DNA of 57,705 nucleotides, taken from positions 1-57,705 of the IMG/VR virus record IMGVR_UViG_3300010289_000001; one strand, written 5' to 3'. This DNA comes from a virus (lineage: Duplodnaviria; Caudoviricetes). Within the stretch, counting starts at the first letter, position 1. The number at the start of each line of letters is the position of its first letter. Below, in pieces: positions 39,294 through 48,011 of the stretch. The translations under genes were made by a program, and so were the position numbers. The notes beneath the pieces were generated by a model, which saw only the letters and a list, made by a program, of their open reading frames with translations, had not been told where the DNA came from and ran no database searches.

Positions 39294-39859
39294 TCCCTCA
39301 CATCTGTTTGAATCAAATCATTTGTACTCATCATATCAAGCATGTGTAAAAAGAATGTTTCTGGATTATAATCTTTAAATGTAAATTTTTTATTTTTAGG
39401 AACATCTGTACTCCATCTACCGGAATGAAATCTAACAGCTTCTTCCAAAATATAAAATTGTTCCTCAGATAAAATTTTTAAAAATGTATCTTTATTTTCT
39501 GCTATAATAAAATCAGCGGCTGCCTTATCATGACCAACATCAGTATATTTTCTTTGCCCATTTTTCCCGTATTTCAACGAGTCATGCAATACAGCGGCTA
39601 ATAATAATTTATCCGAATCTGAAGTTTTTGGTTCAATATCAAATATTTTAAATAATTTAACTGTTGCATATAATAAATGATAAATATGTTCTGCTTGACT
39701 AGGTATTTCTCCATTTAATTTCTTATGATATTTTCCGGTTGATGAAGTAGATTTTTCCCATGAATCTGGAATTCGTTTATCAATAGCTTCCCAAAGTTTA
39801 AAGCAACGTTCCGTCATGTTATCCTTTAATAGATTGATAACTCGCTCCTTATAATTCAT
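39290..39859 (-). CDS. HD-domain phosphohydrolase
   Basis: STGKYH, EH, LHDSLKYG, FHSGRW, HMLD. Confidence 0.85.
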   Translation of the reverse strand: MNYKERVINLLKDNMTERCFKLWEAIDKRIPDSWEKSTSSTGKYHKKLNGEIPSQAEHIYHLLYATVKLFKIFDIEPKTSDSDKLLLAAVLHDSLKYGKNGQRKYTDVGHDKAAADFIIAENKDTFLKILSEEQFYILEEAVRFHSGRWSTDVPKNKKFTFKDYNPETFFLHMLDMMSTNDLIQTDVRD

Positions 39860-39874
39860 TTTTTAAAGCCTTTC

Positions 39875-40477
39875 TTATTCTCTAGTATTTATTCCTTTTT
39901 TCATAATAAATTTGCTCATAGTTCTATCTCCAAACCACCATGTAACACAAGAAACAGTCAAATATAGAATTACCTCTATAACACTTCTATATATTGCAGT
40001 TGCTTCACCTGAGGTCATTCCTTGACCATATTTTTGAACAATATTCCAAGCTAAGTATGTAATATAAGTAGACATACCAACTAGATAAGCGGTCATCAAA
40101 GGTCTCATCAATCCTCTCAACCAATCAACCAAACCAAATAAAAATGCAACTATACACGCAACGGGTCCAGCAATCCAACTTAACCACCCAGTTGTTGCTA
40201 ATAGTTTATCAACCCAGTTTTCACCAAATAGAACCTCATTACCACTTCTCTGTGAAGCCATATATGATTGAGCATCTGCTAATTCAACTGCCCCCTCAAT
40301 TTGAGCTTTAGTTACTTGTATTTGAGCTTCCGCTTCTGCCTTCATAGCCGCAGTTTGGGCTTGTATCATGGCTAACTCATGCTCATTTTTTGCTTTCATT
40401 GTTTTATAATTCATGATACTGGTAACAACACTTCCGACCAAACCAGTTAAACCACCTAGAATAGTTTCAATTAACAT
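39875..40477 (-). CDS. Holin-like membrane protein
   Basis: Several TM segments, MRPLMT and WWFGDR motifs typical of 3TM holin-like proteins; next to DUF5675. Confidence 0.6.
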   Translation of the reverse strand: MLIETILGGLTGLVGSVVTSIMNYKTMKAKNEHELAMIQAQTAAMKAEAEAQIQVTKAQIEGAVELADAQSYMASQRSGNEVLFGENWVDKLLATTGWLSWIAGPVACIVAFLFGLVDWLRGLMRPLMTAYLVGMSTYITYLAWNIVQKYGQGMTSGEATAIYRSVIEVILYLTVSCVTWWFGDRTMSKFIMKKGINTRE

Positions 40478-40489
40478 TTCTTAATCCTC

Positions 40490-40918
40490 CTAAAACTTCT
40501 CAAATATTTTTAATACAAATGGCTCATTATTCATTTCTCGCATAAACTTTGTTAATGCTAATCGAGAATTTAATACAGCTAATTGACCCATTAAAGTTCC
40601 TCTTTCAAATCCTAATAAAATACATCCGTTTGTATGAGTCTTAAGTCCCTTATTTATATCTCCAGCCCAGTTTCCCGAATGTATTAAAATAAAAGTTCTG
40701 TCTATAACTTTTTGAAGCCAATATACTAATCCAAATCTAGGAGAAACTCTAACTATGCACTCATATTCCCCTTTCGGGATACACGATATATTTTTTTGAT
40801 TGTCTCTCCAAGGAAGTTCCAAAGTATGTAAAAATGTATCGTTATAATGTAACACTCCTTGAGTACCATGGTCTCCTCTAGCTAATCTGTATAAATAACA
40901 ATACTTTTTCTTTTCCAT
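40490..40918 (-). CDS. DUF5675 family protein (putative endolysin-type peptidase)
   Basis: TLELPWRDNQKNISCIPKGEY, ILIHSGN, TNGCILLG. Confidence 0.8.
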   Translation of the reverse strand: MEKKKYCYLYRLARGDHGTQGVLHYNDTFLHTLELPWRDNQKNISCIPKGEYECIVRVSPRFGLVYWLQKVIDRTFILIHSGNWAGDINKGLKTHTNGCILLGFERGTLMGQLAVLNSRLALTKFMREMNNEPFVLKIFEKF

Positions 40919-40981
40919 GGTTTATTTCCTCACTGATCAAATACTTATTTAAATATTACTTCTGCTTTAAGTTAACTAAAA

Positions 40982-41806
40982 TTAATCCTTCTTTTTCTTA
41001 ATTATTTTAATTACCTCTTTTAAAACCTTTACAGGATTATCACTTTTAGCTTCCTTTGCTGCTCTATTATATATTGCTTCTTGAACACCTTTACTATTTA
41101 TTCCAGATCTATTTATATACGCCAAAATATCATCCTTTGTAAATTGTCGAATCGTTTCTAATGTTATCCCTTTTGTCTTAACAGCTCTTCTGGGAGAAAA
41201 CGCCGACTTTTTTCTCGCAACTTTATAATCGGATTTTTCCATTAATGTTTCTAATTGTTGCTGTCGCTTTGTTTTTTTGGCTCCTAATAGTTTTTCACTT
41301 AATTTGTCAATAACTTTAGTTGACATTTCAAAATCTTCATCTAAACTTGTTGTTGACTTAATATCATCGATTTCTCCTTTTTTTTCAGCTAACTTTCTTC
41401 TAATTCTTTCATCGATTGATAAATCTGAATCATCAACAGTTGTTTTAACTGCCCTCTCTTTTAGAATTTTAGCTTTAGCTCTTGCATCATCATCTACAAC
41501 TTTAGCTTCAGAAACAACAAAATCTGTAACTTCTATTGAATCTTGCCAAGGAGAAACTACATTTCCATCTGACATAACATCTAATCGGGCATTTACAACT
41601 TCGCCTTCTTTTAATTTTCTATGTAAGACTTTTCTTAATGCGGGCAATTCAACAGTAATTAATTGGTCTGAAACTTTGGCAGGAAATCCATATTCTATTT
41701 CATCTAAAATAATCCTGAATTTTGAGGTTATACTATCAGGAGTTGCCCCTCCAATTTCAACTTCAAATGTGATCTCCTTATCCTGATTGCTATTAATCTT
41801 TAACAT
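40982..41806 (-). CDS. Hypothetical protein
   Basis: 274-aa ORF with GGAG SD. Confidence 0.75.
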   Translation of the reverse strand: MLKINSNQDKEITFEVEIGGATPDSITSKFRIILDEIEYGFPAKVSDQLITVELPALRKVLHRKLKEGEVVNARLDVMSDGNVVSPWQDSIEVTDFVVSEAKVVDDDARAKAKILKERAVKTTVDDSDLSIDERIRRKLAEKKGEIDDIKSTTSLDEDFEMSTKVIDKLSEKLLGAKKTKRQQQLETLMEKSDYKVARKKSAFSPRRAVKTKGITLETIRQFTKDDILAYINRSGINSKGVQEAIYNRAAKEAKSDNPVKVLKEVIKIIKKKKD

Positions 41807-42014
41807 TGCTTATTCTCCCGCTGTTTTTTAGTGTTACTTTAATTTTTGATAAAAGAATATTCTTTGACTCAATCTCTACTTTTTTAACTCTAGTAAATAA
41901 ACCAGCTTTTGTATTTCTATCAACACCAACACCAGGAACTGCACCGCCTCCACCAACTCCTGGTCCACCTCCGCAACAATCTCTGAACATCCCCATAGTT
42001 GCTATTGATACCAT
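41793..42014 (-). CDS. Small Gly-rich hypothetical protein
   Basis: MVSIATMG…GGGPGVGGGG; GAGG SD before ATG 42014. Confidence 0.6.
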   Translation of the reverse strand: MVSIATMGMFRDCCGGGPGVGGGGAVPGVGVDRNTKAGLFTRVKKVEIESKNILLSKIKVTLKNSGRISNVKD

Positions 42015-42025
42015 ATATATTCCTC

Positions 42026-42550
42026 TTAAACAGATACTTGACGCCAATAAGAAAATTGACCACACTGTGTTCCGTCAGCTTGAATTAGATAAGTTTCAAT
42101 TACATCATTATCTGTACCAACTGAACCTGCATTAGAATAGATTCTAACTCTTGCTGTAACCATATTTCCATGTTCATCATATACAGGATTATCAATATAG
42201 AAATTATGATGAACAAGACCAAGAGTTCTAATGACACTTTGATAAATAGAGCTCAAATCATTATCATAAACCTGAACATCATCATTTTTTCCCCAAGGAA
42301 AATATATTGGATGAACTAAATTTATATACCAAGTTCCATTAATATTTGGTGTAAAAGTATATTTATAATTTCCATTTCCTAATTCACTAAATGACCCAGA
42401 TACTAAATTTGTAACATCTGTTCCTGACGGATTATAAACATATATTGTAAATTCTGACGAGTCAATCCCAGATATTAAGTTTCCATTTTTATCAGATACA
42501 GTAAAATGTTCATCTACTGGTTTATTGATTACTCCAAAAACCATTTCCAT
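42026..42550 (-). CDS. Ig-like virion structural protein (putative)
   Basis: ELGNGNYKYTFTP…GTWY beta pattern; AAGGAG SD. Confidence 0.55.
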   Translation of the reverse strand: MEMVFGVINKPVDEHFTVSDKNGNLISGIDSSEFTIYVYNPSGTDVTNLVSGSFSELGNGNYKYTFTPNINGTWYINLVHPIYFPWGKNDDVQVYDNDLSSIYQSVIRTLGLVHHNFYIDNPVYDEHGNMVTARVRIYSNAGSVGTDNDVIETYLIQADGTQCGQFSYWRQVSV

Positions 42551-42556
42551 TCTCCT

Positions 42557-43426
42557 TTAGTGGTCTGCAATAATATCATCTATAGTTTGCCCAGGTAACA
42601 AAATAGTATGACATCTATACATTTCTAATGAACCATAACCTTTACTTACATTATCACTTTCTGGAGTAAAAATTCTGGCTCTAATATACCAACCTGGAGG
42701 AATTGGATCAACAGACGCACCCTCAGCATTTAGTTCATCGCCCATTGGGCATGTTCCAAACATTCTATGATAACTGACATAAACTTGATAAGTAACTATA
42801 TTATTTCCTGAATAAGAAAACATCCTATCGTCATTTTTTAATCCTAATGCAGAGGCTGGTATATTTCCTGCTGGATTTGGATAATAATTATTTGGCGGAA
42901 CTGCAATTTCAAATCTAGCAAAGCAACCCCAAGGTGCATCAAAGAAATACATTGTTCCATCTTTTAAATATACTGGACAATGAAACTTCATTAAAATTTG
43001 TTTACACTTAAACCCTGGAGGAACATCTGAACCATAATACATGTTTGTTGTCGAATCAGAAAAATCCCAAGATAATTCCTGACCATGACAAATATTAGTA
43101 TCTGAATCTCCTCTCATTGTAAAGTAAGTCATTGTATTTAATGGTCTTGTGTCGGCTCTGATAATTGGTCTTCCATCCGGCATTCTAGGAGTAGGATCTA
43201 CATCTGGTAAAGGTTCGCCATTATGTTGTGCAACGATTATAGATAATGTACTAGAATCGTCATTTGACAAAACTGATTTAAACCATATATCACAATGAGT
43301 AGTTGTTGTATTTATATATTCTAAAGCAGTTTTTATTGACGATGTAGTTATTTCTCTAGTTAATCTACTAGGATCAACTTTATTATTTAAAAACTCACTT
43401 AAAGAAAAAGTATATTTTTCAGCCAT
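42557..43426 (-). CDS. Putative virion structural protein
   Basis: 289-aa ORF in the fibre operon; GGAGG SD. Confidence 0.65.
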   Translation of the reverse strand: MAEKYTFSLSEFLNNKVDPSRLTREITTSSIKTALEYINTTTTHCDIWFKSVLSNDDSSTLSIIVAQHNGEPLPDVDPTPRMPDGRPIIRADTRPLNTMTYFTMRGDSDTNICHGQELSWDFSDSTTNMYYGSDVPPGFKCKQILMKFHCPVYLKDGTMYFFDAPWGCFARFEIAVPPNNYYPNPAGNIPASALGLKNDDRMFSYSGNNIVTYQVYVSYHRMFGTCPMGDELNAEGASVDPIPPGWYIRARIFTPESDNVSKGYGSLEMYRCHTILLPGQTIDDIIADH

Positions 43427-43447
43427 AGCTGATATTCCTCCAAATTA

Positions 43448-44995
43448 TTATGGTACTCTCCAAAACTCAAATCTTGCTCGTCTAATATAAACAGTATTTC
43501 CAGCTGTTTCATTTGAATAATCCATATCGAAATTATATGTTGTAGCAGGTGACAATCTTAAATAGATAAATCCGCTATTAGGAAAGTATGAAGTTGCGTC
43601 TTGAGGTTCGATATTAACTAGCGCTAAATCAGTAACATCATTTTGTTGAATTCTAAACTGTACGTCAGAATTTGTTGTACTACATCTAATTTCTGAATAC
43701 CATGCTAATCTATATGTTCCATCTATCAAGCCACTTACCGTGTGTCTTAATTTTTGTTGCCATGTAGTACTAGTTGTTGTACTTTCTCCATCACTTGAAG
43801 ATTGTGAGAAATAAGTACCAAAAACCTGTTGTTGCCATGAGTTTCCATCATAATTTTCTAAACCTGAAATTGTACTATTAAATCTAATCATACCAGTAGA
43901 TGGCGTTCCAGGTCTTTGTACAGTTGTTCCTATTGGTGGTTGGAACCATTGTGAATCCAAACTAGCAACTGTTGTGCCATTAATATCCCATTTAAAACCA
44001 GTTGTTGCTCCAGCTACTGGCCCCCTAGAACCAAATCTATTATCATATTGTGGAGAAGTTAATGTTCCAGAACCAATAGTTTGAAATGCAATATATGGAG
44101 GATCATCATCTTCGTCAATAATTCTAATATTAGGAGTATTTTGGTCATAATGATATAAAATCCAACCAGAAATTCCTGTAGATGATCTCTTAAAATAACA
44201 TCTCATACCTTCAAATGTAGTATCACCATCTACTTGAATATATAATGATGCATTATTTGCTTGCAAAGAATCTGGTGTTGCCCCCCCTGTATATATCGTT
44301 TGTCTATTCGCTAGTGTAGTGCCTGTAATTATTGCTCTTTTATTTGTAGTATCCCAAGTAAATTCAGAATCCCCGCCAAATTCTCCGTTCTCATTGAATT
44401 GAACACTAGTTTGTGGAGGGCCTGGAACTCTAGATGTTCCTGATGTTCCTGAACTTCCACTAGTTCCTGAAGATCCAGAAGTTCCAGATGTACCATTTAC
44501 CCCCGATGTTCCTGAACTTCCGCTACTTCCACTAGTTCCAGAAGTTCCTGATGTTCCAGACTGACCAGAAGACCCCGAAGTTCCAGACGAACCTGAAGTT
44601 CCACTTGAACCTGCTGGACCAGGTTCGTTAATCCATTTACTTATATTTTCATTGTATCTTAAAATATGACCACTTTCGGGGTTATTTACTTCAAATATAA
44701 CTCTTGAGATTCCATCAGTTCTTGCATATTGTAAATGTTGATCTTCATTAAGTGCACTCAAGTCTCCATGCGAAATAGAACCTTCAGTACTTGTAATAGG
44801 GTTTCCATATTCATCTTTAACAGTAATCCACCCATTGTCAATAGCATTTTGAACATCAAAAGATTTTCTAATTTCTTCTTGGTTATATTCCTGCTCTAAA
44901 TCATAATCAGTAGTTGGATGAGGATATTCACGCTCACCCAAATCTGAAAAAACAACAGGATTTTGAACCCCGGTAGTAGTGATAAGAAATGCCAT
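43448..44995 (-). CDS. Fibre-like protein 3 with (G-S/T-S)n repeat
   Basis: About 20 GXS triplets; VQFNENGEFGG and GTTVQRP…GMIRFN tail-fibre motifs. Confidence 0.75.
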   Translation of the reverse strand: MAFLITTTGVQNPVVFSDLGEREYPHPTTDYDLEQEYNQEEIRKSFDVQNAIDNGWITVKDEYGNPITSTEGSISHGDLSALNEDQHLQYARTDGISRVIFEVNNPESGHILRYNENISKWINEPGPAGSSGTSGSSGTSGSSGQSGTSGTSGTSGSSGSSGTSGVNGTSGTSGSSGTSGSSGTSGTSRVPGPPQTSVQFNENGEFGGDSEFTWDTTNKRAIITGTTLANRQTIYTGGATPDSLQANNASLYIQVDGDTTFEGMRCYFKRSSTGISGWILYHYDQNTPNIRIIDEDDDPPYIAFQTIGSGTLTSPQYDNRFGSRGPVAGATTGFKWDINGTTVASLDSQWFQPPIGTTVQRPGTPSTGMIRFNSTISGLENYDGNSWQQQVFGTYFSQSSSDGESTTTSTTWQQKLRHTVSGLIDGTYRLAWYSEIRCSTTNSDVQFRIQQNDVTDLALVNIEPQDATSYFPNSGFIYLRLSPATTYNFDMDYSNETAGNTVYIRRARFEFWRVP

Positions 44996-46858
44996 TTAGA
45001 TTCTTCTCCTAAATAACACATAAATTAGAGGCCTATTAATATTAGTTCCCGAGCAATAGAACTGAACTCTATCTCCAGCATTAAAATCAACATTGACTGT
45101 ATAATCATATGCAGATTTTGCTGCAACCATTGTTAAAGACGCTACAACTGTAGGTGAATCATTCTTACGAATCTGCCCAGTCCAAGTTTGATTTGCTTGC
45201 CCACTTAATGTAATCCCAACTAGTGTACAATTATAAGGTAAAGTATAACCATTTAAATTCGATGGCACTGAGTCGTAAATATATAGATATTGATTTGTAA
45301 CATTTGTAGTATTTCTTGATGCACCAAAATCAATTAATGCTACACCAAGAGTTTTTCCTCTAACAACATCTTCATAAACAACTTCATTTACAGTAGGATT
45401 ATAATAAACACCATCAGCACTTGTTCCTGATGTTCCTGAACTACCAGAAGTTCCATCAATACCTGATGTACCACTTGTACCACTTGTTCCAGATGTTCCA
45501 CTTGATCCTGATGACCCACTTGTTCCTGAACTACCTGATGTACCTGATGAACCACTAGAACCTGATGTACCTGATGAACCAGAAGTTCCGCTTGATCCTG
45601 AACTTCCCGATGTTCCTGATGTACCAGAAGACCCACTTGTTCCATCAATACCAGAAGTTCCTGATGTACCACTACTTCCTGAAGTACCAGATATTCCGCT
45701 ACTTCCTGAAGTACCAGAAGTTCCTGATGTACCACTACTTCCTGAAGTACCAGATATTCCGCTACTTCCTGAAGTACCAGAAGATCCACTTGTTCCATCA
45801 ATACCAGAAGTTCCACTAGAACCAGAAGTTCCTGAAGTTCCGCTTGATCCAGAAGTTCCTGAGCTTCCTGATGTACCAGCAGCACCAACAAAAATAGGAG
45901 TGGTTAAATAAGAGGCATGAATAACACCTTCAAAATACAAGGTAACATCATTACTTGAAGTTGAGTCAGCATAAATTTTTAATCTAAGCCTATCTGTTGA
46001 ATCCATATCTTCATTTAGAGGCTGAATAACATCCCACTCAATAACTTCAGGTGAAGTATTACTAAAAAACGGAGATTCTCCAGAAACAATTAAAGTCTCT
46101 ACGTTTAATTGATTTAATTTATAAATCTCAAATTTTAATTTTGCAGAGGCAGTATTAACTGCTCCATAGAATTTAGCTGTCCAAACACCTGCAGGCATTA
46201 TTTCAATACCTGGATCCCCTGCAGTTGTATCCCATGTTGAAATTAAAGTTTCGCCGCTAACATTTGATATAGTAATTGTATTTTCTGGAAGTTCTCCTGG
46301 ATTTCTTGCTAACAAATAATTACTTGCTGCAGTTTCATCGTGTAAATAATAAATTGAACCTCTTGGTGTTGCACCTGAAGTACCAGATGTTCCGCTTGAC
46401 CCTGATGTTCCACTAGTTCCGCTTGAACCTGAACTACCTGATGTACCTGATGAACCAGAAGTTCCTGATGTACCAGCTACGCTATCAACATTAATCCATT
46501 TACCACTTACTGAATTATATTCTAAAACTTGTTGATTAGTAGGATTATTAACATCAAATATTACTCTTGATGTTCCATCAGTTTTTGAATACTGTAAATG
46601 ATCATCTTCTTCTAAACCTGATAAACCGCCATGTGCTACAGCGCCTGTTACTTTTAAAATAGGATTATTGAACTCATCAACTACAGTAATATAGTTATTA
46701 TCAATAGCAAATTGAACATCGCGAGATGCCCGTATTTCCTCTGGTTTATATTCTTGTTCAAGATCATAGTTAATAGTTGGATGTGGGTACTCTCTTCTAC
46801 CTAAATCTTCAAACACTACTGGATTTTGTATTCCGGTTGTAGTAAATATGAAAGCCAT
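44996..46858 (-). CDS. Fibre-like protein 2 with two (G-S/T-S)n repeats
   Basis: Blocks of about 12 and about 50 GXS triplets; N-domain shared with 43448-44995, C-domain shared with 46861-47856. Confidence 0.75.
   Translation of the reverse strand: MAFIFTTTGIQNPVVFEDLGRREYPHPTINYDLEQEYKPEEIRASRDVQFAIDNNYITVVDEFNNPILKVTGAVAHGGLSGLEEDDHLQYSKTDGTSRVIFDVNNPTNQQVLEYNSVSGKWINVDSVAGTSGTSGSSGTSGSSGSSGTSGTSGSSGTSGTSGATPRGSIYYLHDETAASNYLLARNPGELPENTITISNVSGETLISTWDTTAGDPGIEIMPAGVWTAKFYGAVNTASAKLKFEIYKLNQLNVETLIVSGESPFFSNTSPEVIEWDVIQPLNEDMDSTDRLRLKIYADSTSSNDVTLYFEGVIHASYLTTPIFVGAAGTSGSSGTSGSSGTSGTSGSSGTSGIDGTSGSSGTSGSSGISGTSGSSGTSGTSGTSGSSGISGTSGSSGTSGTSGIDGTSGSSGTSGTSGSSGSSGTSGSSGTSGSSGSSGTSGSSGTSGSSGSSGTSGTSGTSGTSGIDGTSGSSGTSGTSADGVYYNPTVNEVVYEDVVRGKTLGVALIDFGASRNTTNVTNQYLYIYDSVPSNLNGYTLPYNCTLVGITLSGQANQTWTGQIRKNDSPTVVASLTMVAAKSAYDYTVNVDFNAGDRVQFYCSGTNINRPLIYVLFRRRI
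45649..45783. repeat. Perfect 63-bp tandem duplication inside the GXS repeat
   Basis: Sequence at 45649 recurs exactly at 45712 (period 63). Confidence 0.8.
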
Positions 46859-46860
46859 AA

Positions 46861-47856
46861 TTAAAATCTCCTCCTGAAGAATAGAGTAACATGTGGATAA
46901 TCTATTGAAGTACCATTACAATAGACTTGAACTCTATCTCCAGCATTAAAGTCTAAATTTTTTGTATTATCATAATTTGTATATTGATTAGTTATAGTTA
47001 GTGAATCTAATACTGTTGCAACTCCATTTTTTCTTACTTCTGCAGTCCATGTCTGTGTATTTAAGTTTCCCGACATTGACATAGCAACTAATGTTGAATC
47101 CCAAGGAAGAACAAAACCATTTAAGTTCCAAGGAGTACTTCCTTCACCAGATAAATAAAGATTAGTTACTGCATTTGAATTTCTTCCTGCGTCCTGTTGA
47201 ATAATTGCTGCACCTAAGTTCTTTCCCCTAACTGGATCAGTAAAGTATAAATCTCCTGAAGTACTATCAATATAAATGTTAGGAGTTATTCCTGATGTTC
47301 CAGACGAACCAGATGTTCCTGAACTGCCTGATGAACCTGATGAACCTGACGTACCACTTGTTCCAGAAGATCCAGATGATCCTGAAATGCCACTGGTACC
47401 GGATGAACCTGACGAACCACTTGTTCCCGAACTACCGCTAGTTCCTGAAGTACCCGAGGTACCAGACGATCCAGACGTTCCTGAGATTCCTGATGTCCCA
47501 CTACTTCCGCTAGATCCTGAATTGCCTGACGTACCAGAAGTACCAGAAGTTCCAGACGATCCTGAAGTTCCATCATTTCCGCTTACCCCCGATGTACCAG
47601 AAGTACCGCTGGATCCAGAACTTCCTGAAGTTCCGCTAGTACCAGATGTACCTTCAATGAATAAATCCCAATATGACTGCCAACTACTTCCTATGCTTGG
47701 TTCTGTTGTTGAATCTGCACAATGATCTTGTATACAAACATATACATCGCCATTATTCTGTACTAAATCATTTACTACATAACATGATCCATCAGTCCAT
47801 GCTCCTTGCCAACTAAATGGTGAGCCATCAGACTGAATAATAGTATCTCTTAGCAT
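46861..47856 (-). CDS. Fibre-like protein 1 with CBM5/12-like N-domain and (G-S/T-S)n repeat
   Basis: WQGAW…YVVNDLVQNNGDVYVCIQDH; about 40 GXS triplets. Confidence 0.75.
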   Translation of the reverse strand: MLRDTIIQSDGSPFSWQGAWTDGSCYVVNDLVQNNGDVYVCIQDHCADSTTEPSIGSSWQSYWDLFIEGTSGTSGTSGSSGSSGTSGTSGVSGNDGTSGSSGTSGTSGTSGNSGSSGSSGTSGISGTSGSSGTSGTSGTSGSSGTSGSSGSSGTSGISGSSGSSGTSGTSGSSGSSGSSGTSGSSGTSGITPNIYIDSTSGDLYFTDPVRGKNLGAAIIQQDAGRNSNAVTNLYLSGEGSTPWNLNGFVLPWDSTLVAMSMSGNLNTQTWTAEVRKNGVATVLDSLTITNQYTNYDNTKNLDFNAGDRVQVYCNGTSIDYPHVTLFFRRRF

Positions 47857-47920
47857 TAAATAGCTCCTTTACATTCTTTCAAAAAAATGCAGATCAATGC
47901 AGGAATCCCATGATTTATAT

Positions 47921-47931
47921 TTTGTTCTAAA
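47921..47931 (-). promoter_or_regulatory. Motif B (TTTAGAACAAA)
   Basis: Upstream of the fibre operon start at 47856. Confidence 0.65.
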
Positions 47932-47973
47932 TTTCTAAATGTATTAAATCGTTGTAACTTGTTAGTTCCTTTT

Positions 47974-48011
47974 GTGACTTCTCTGGGCAGCTAGCTGGAC
48001 AGAGAAGTCAC
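47974..48011. other. Hairpin overlapping the glycosyltransferase stop codon
   Basis: GTGACTTCTCTG / CAGAGAAGTCAC; no U-tract on the minus strand. Confidence 0.6.

Noticed and set aside
45388-47725. Alternative-frame and antisense ORFs over the GXS repeats (45388-45891, 45565-45819, 47276-47725, 47286-47576)
   Set aside because: Shadows of the low-complexity repeat, which lacks stops in other frames; no SD and no independent domain.
43448-47856. Diversity-generating retroelement acting on the fibre genes
   Set aside because: No reverse transcriptase in the window, and no near-identical pair differing only at adenines was seen; the paralogous domains differ broadly.
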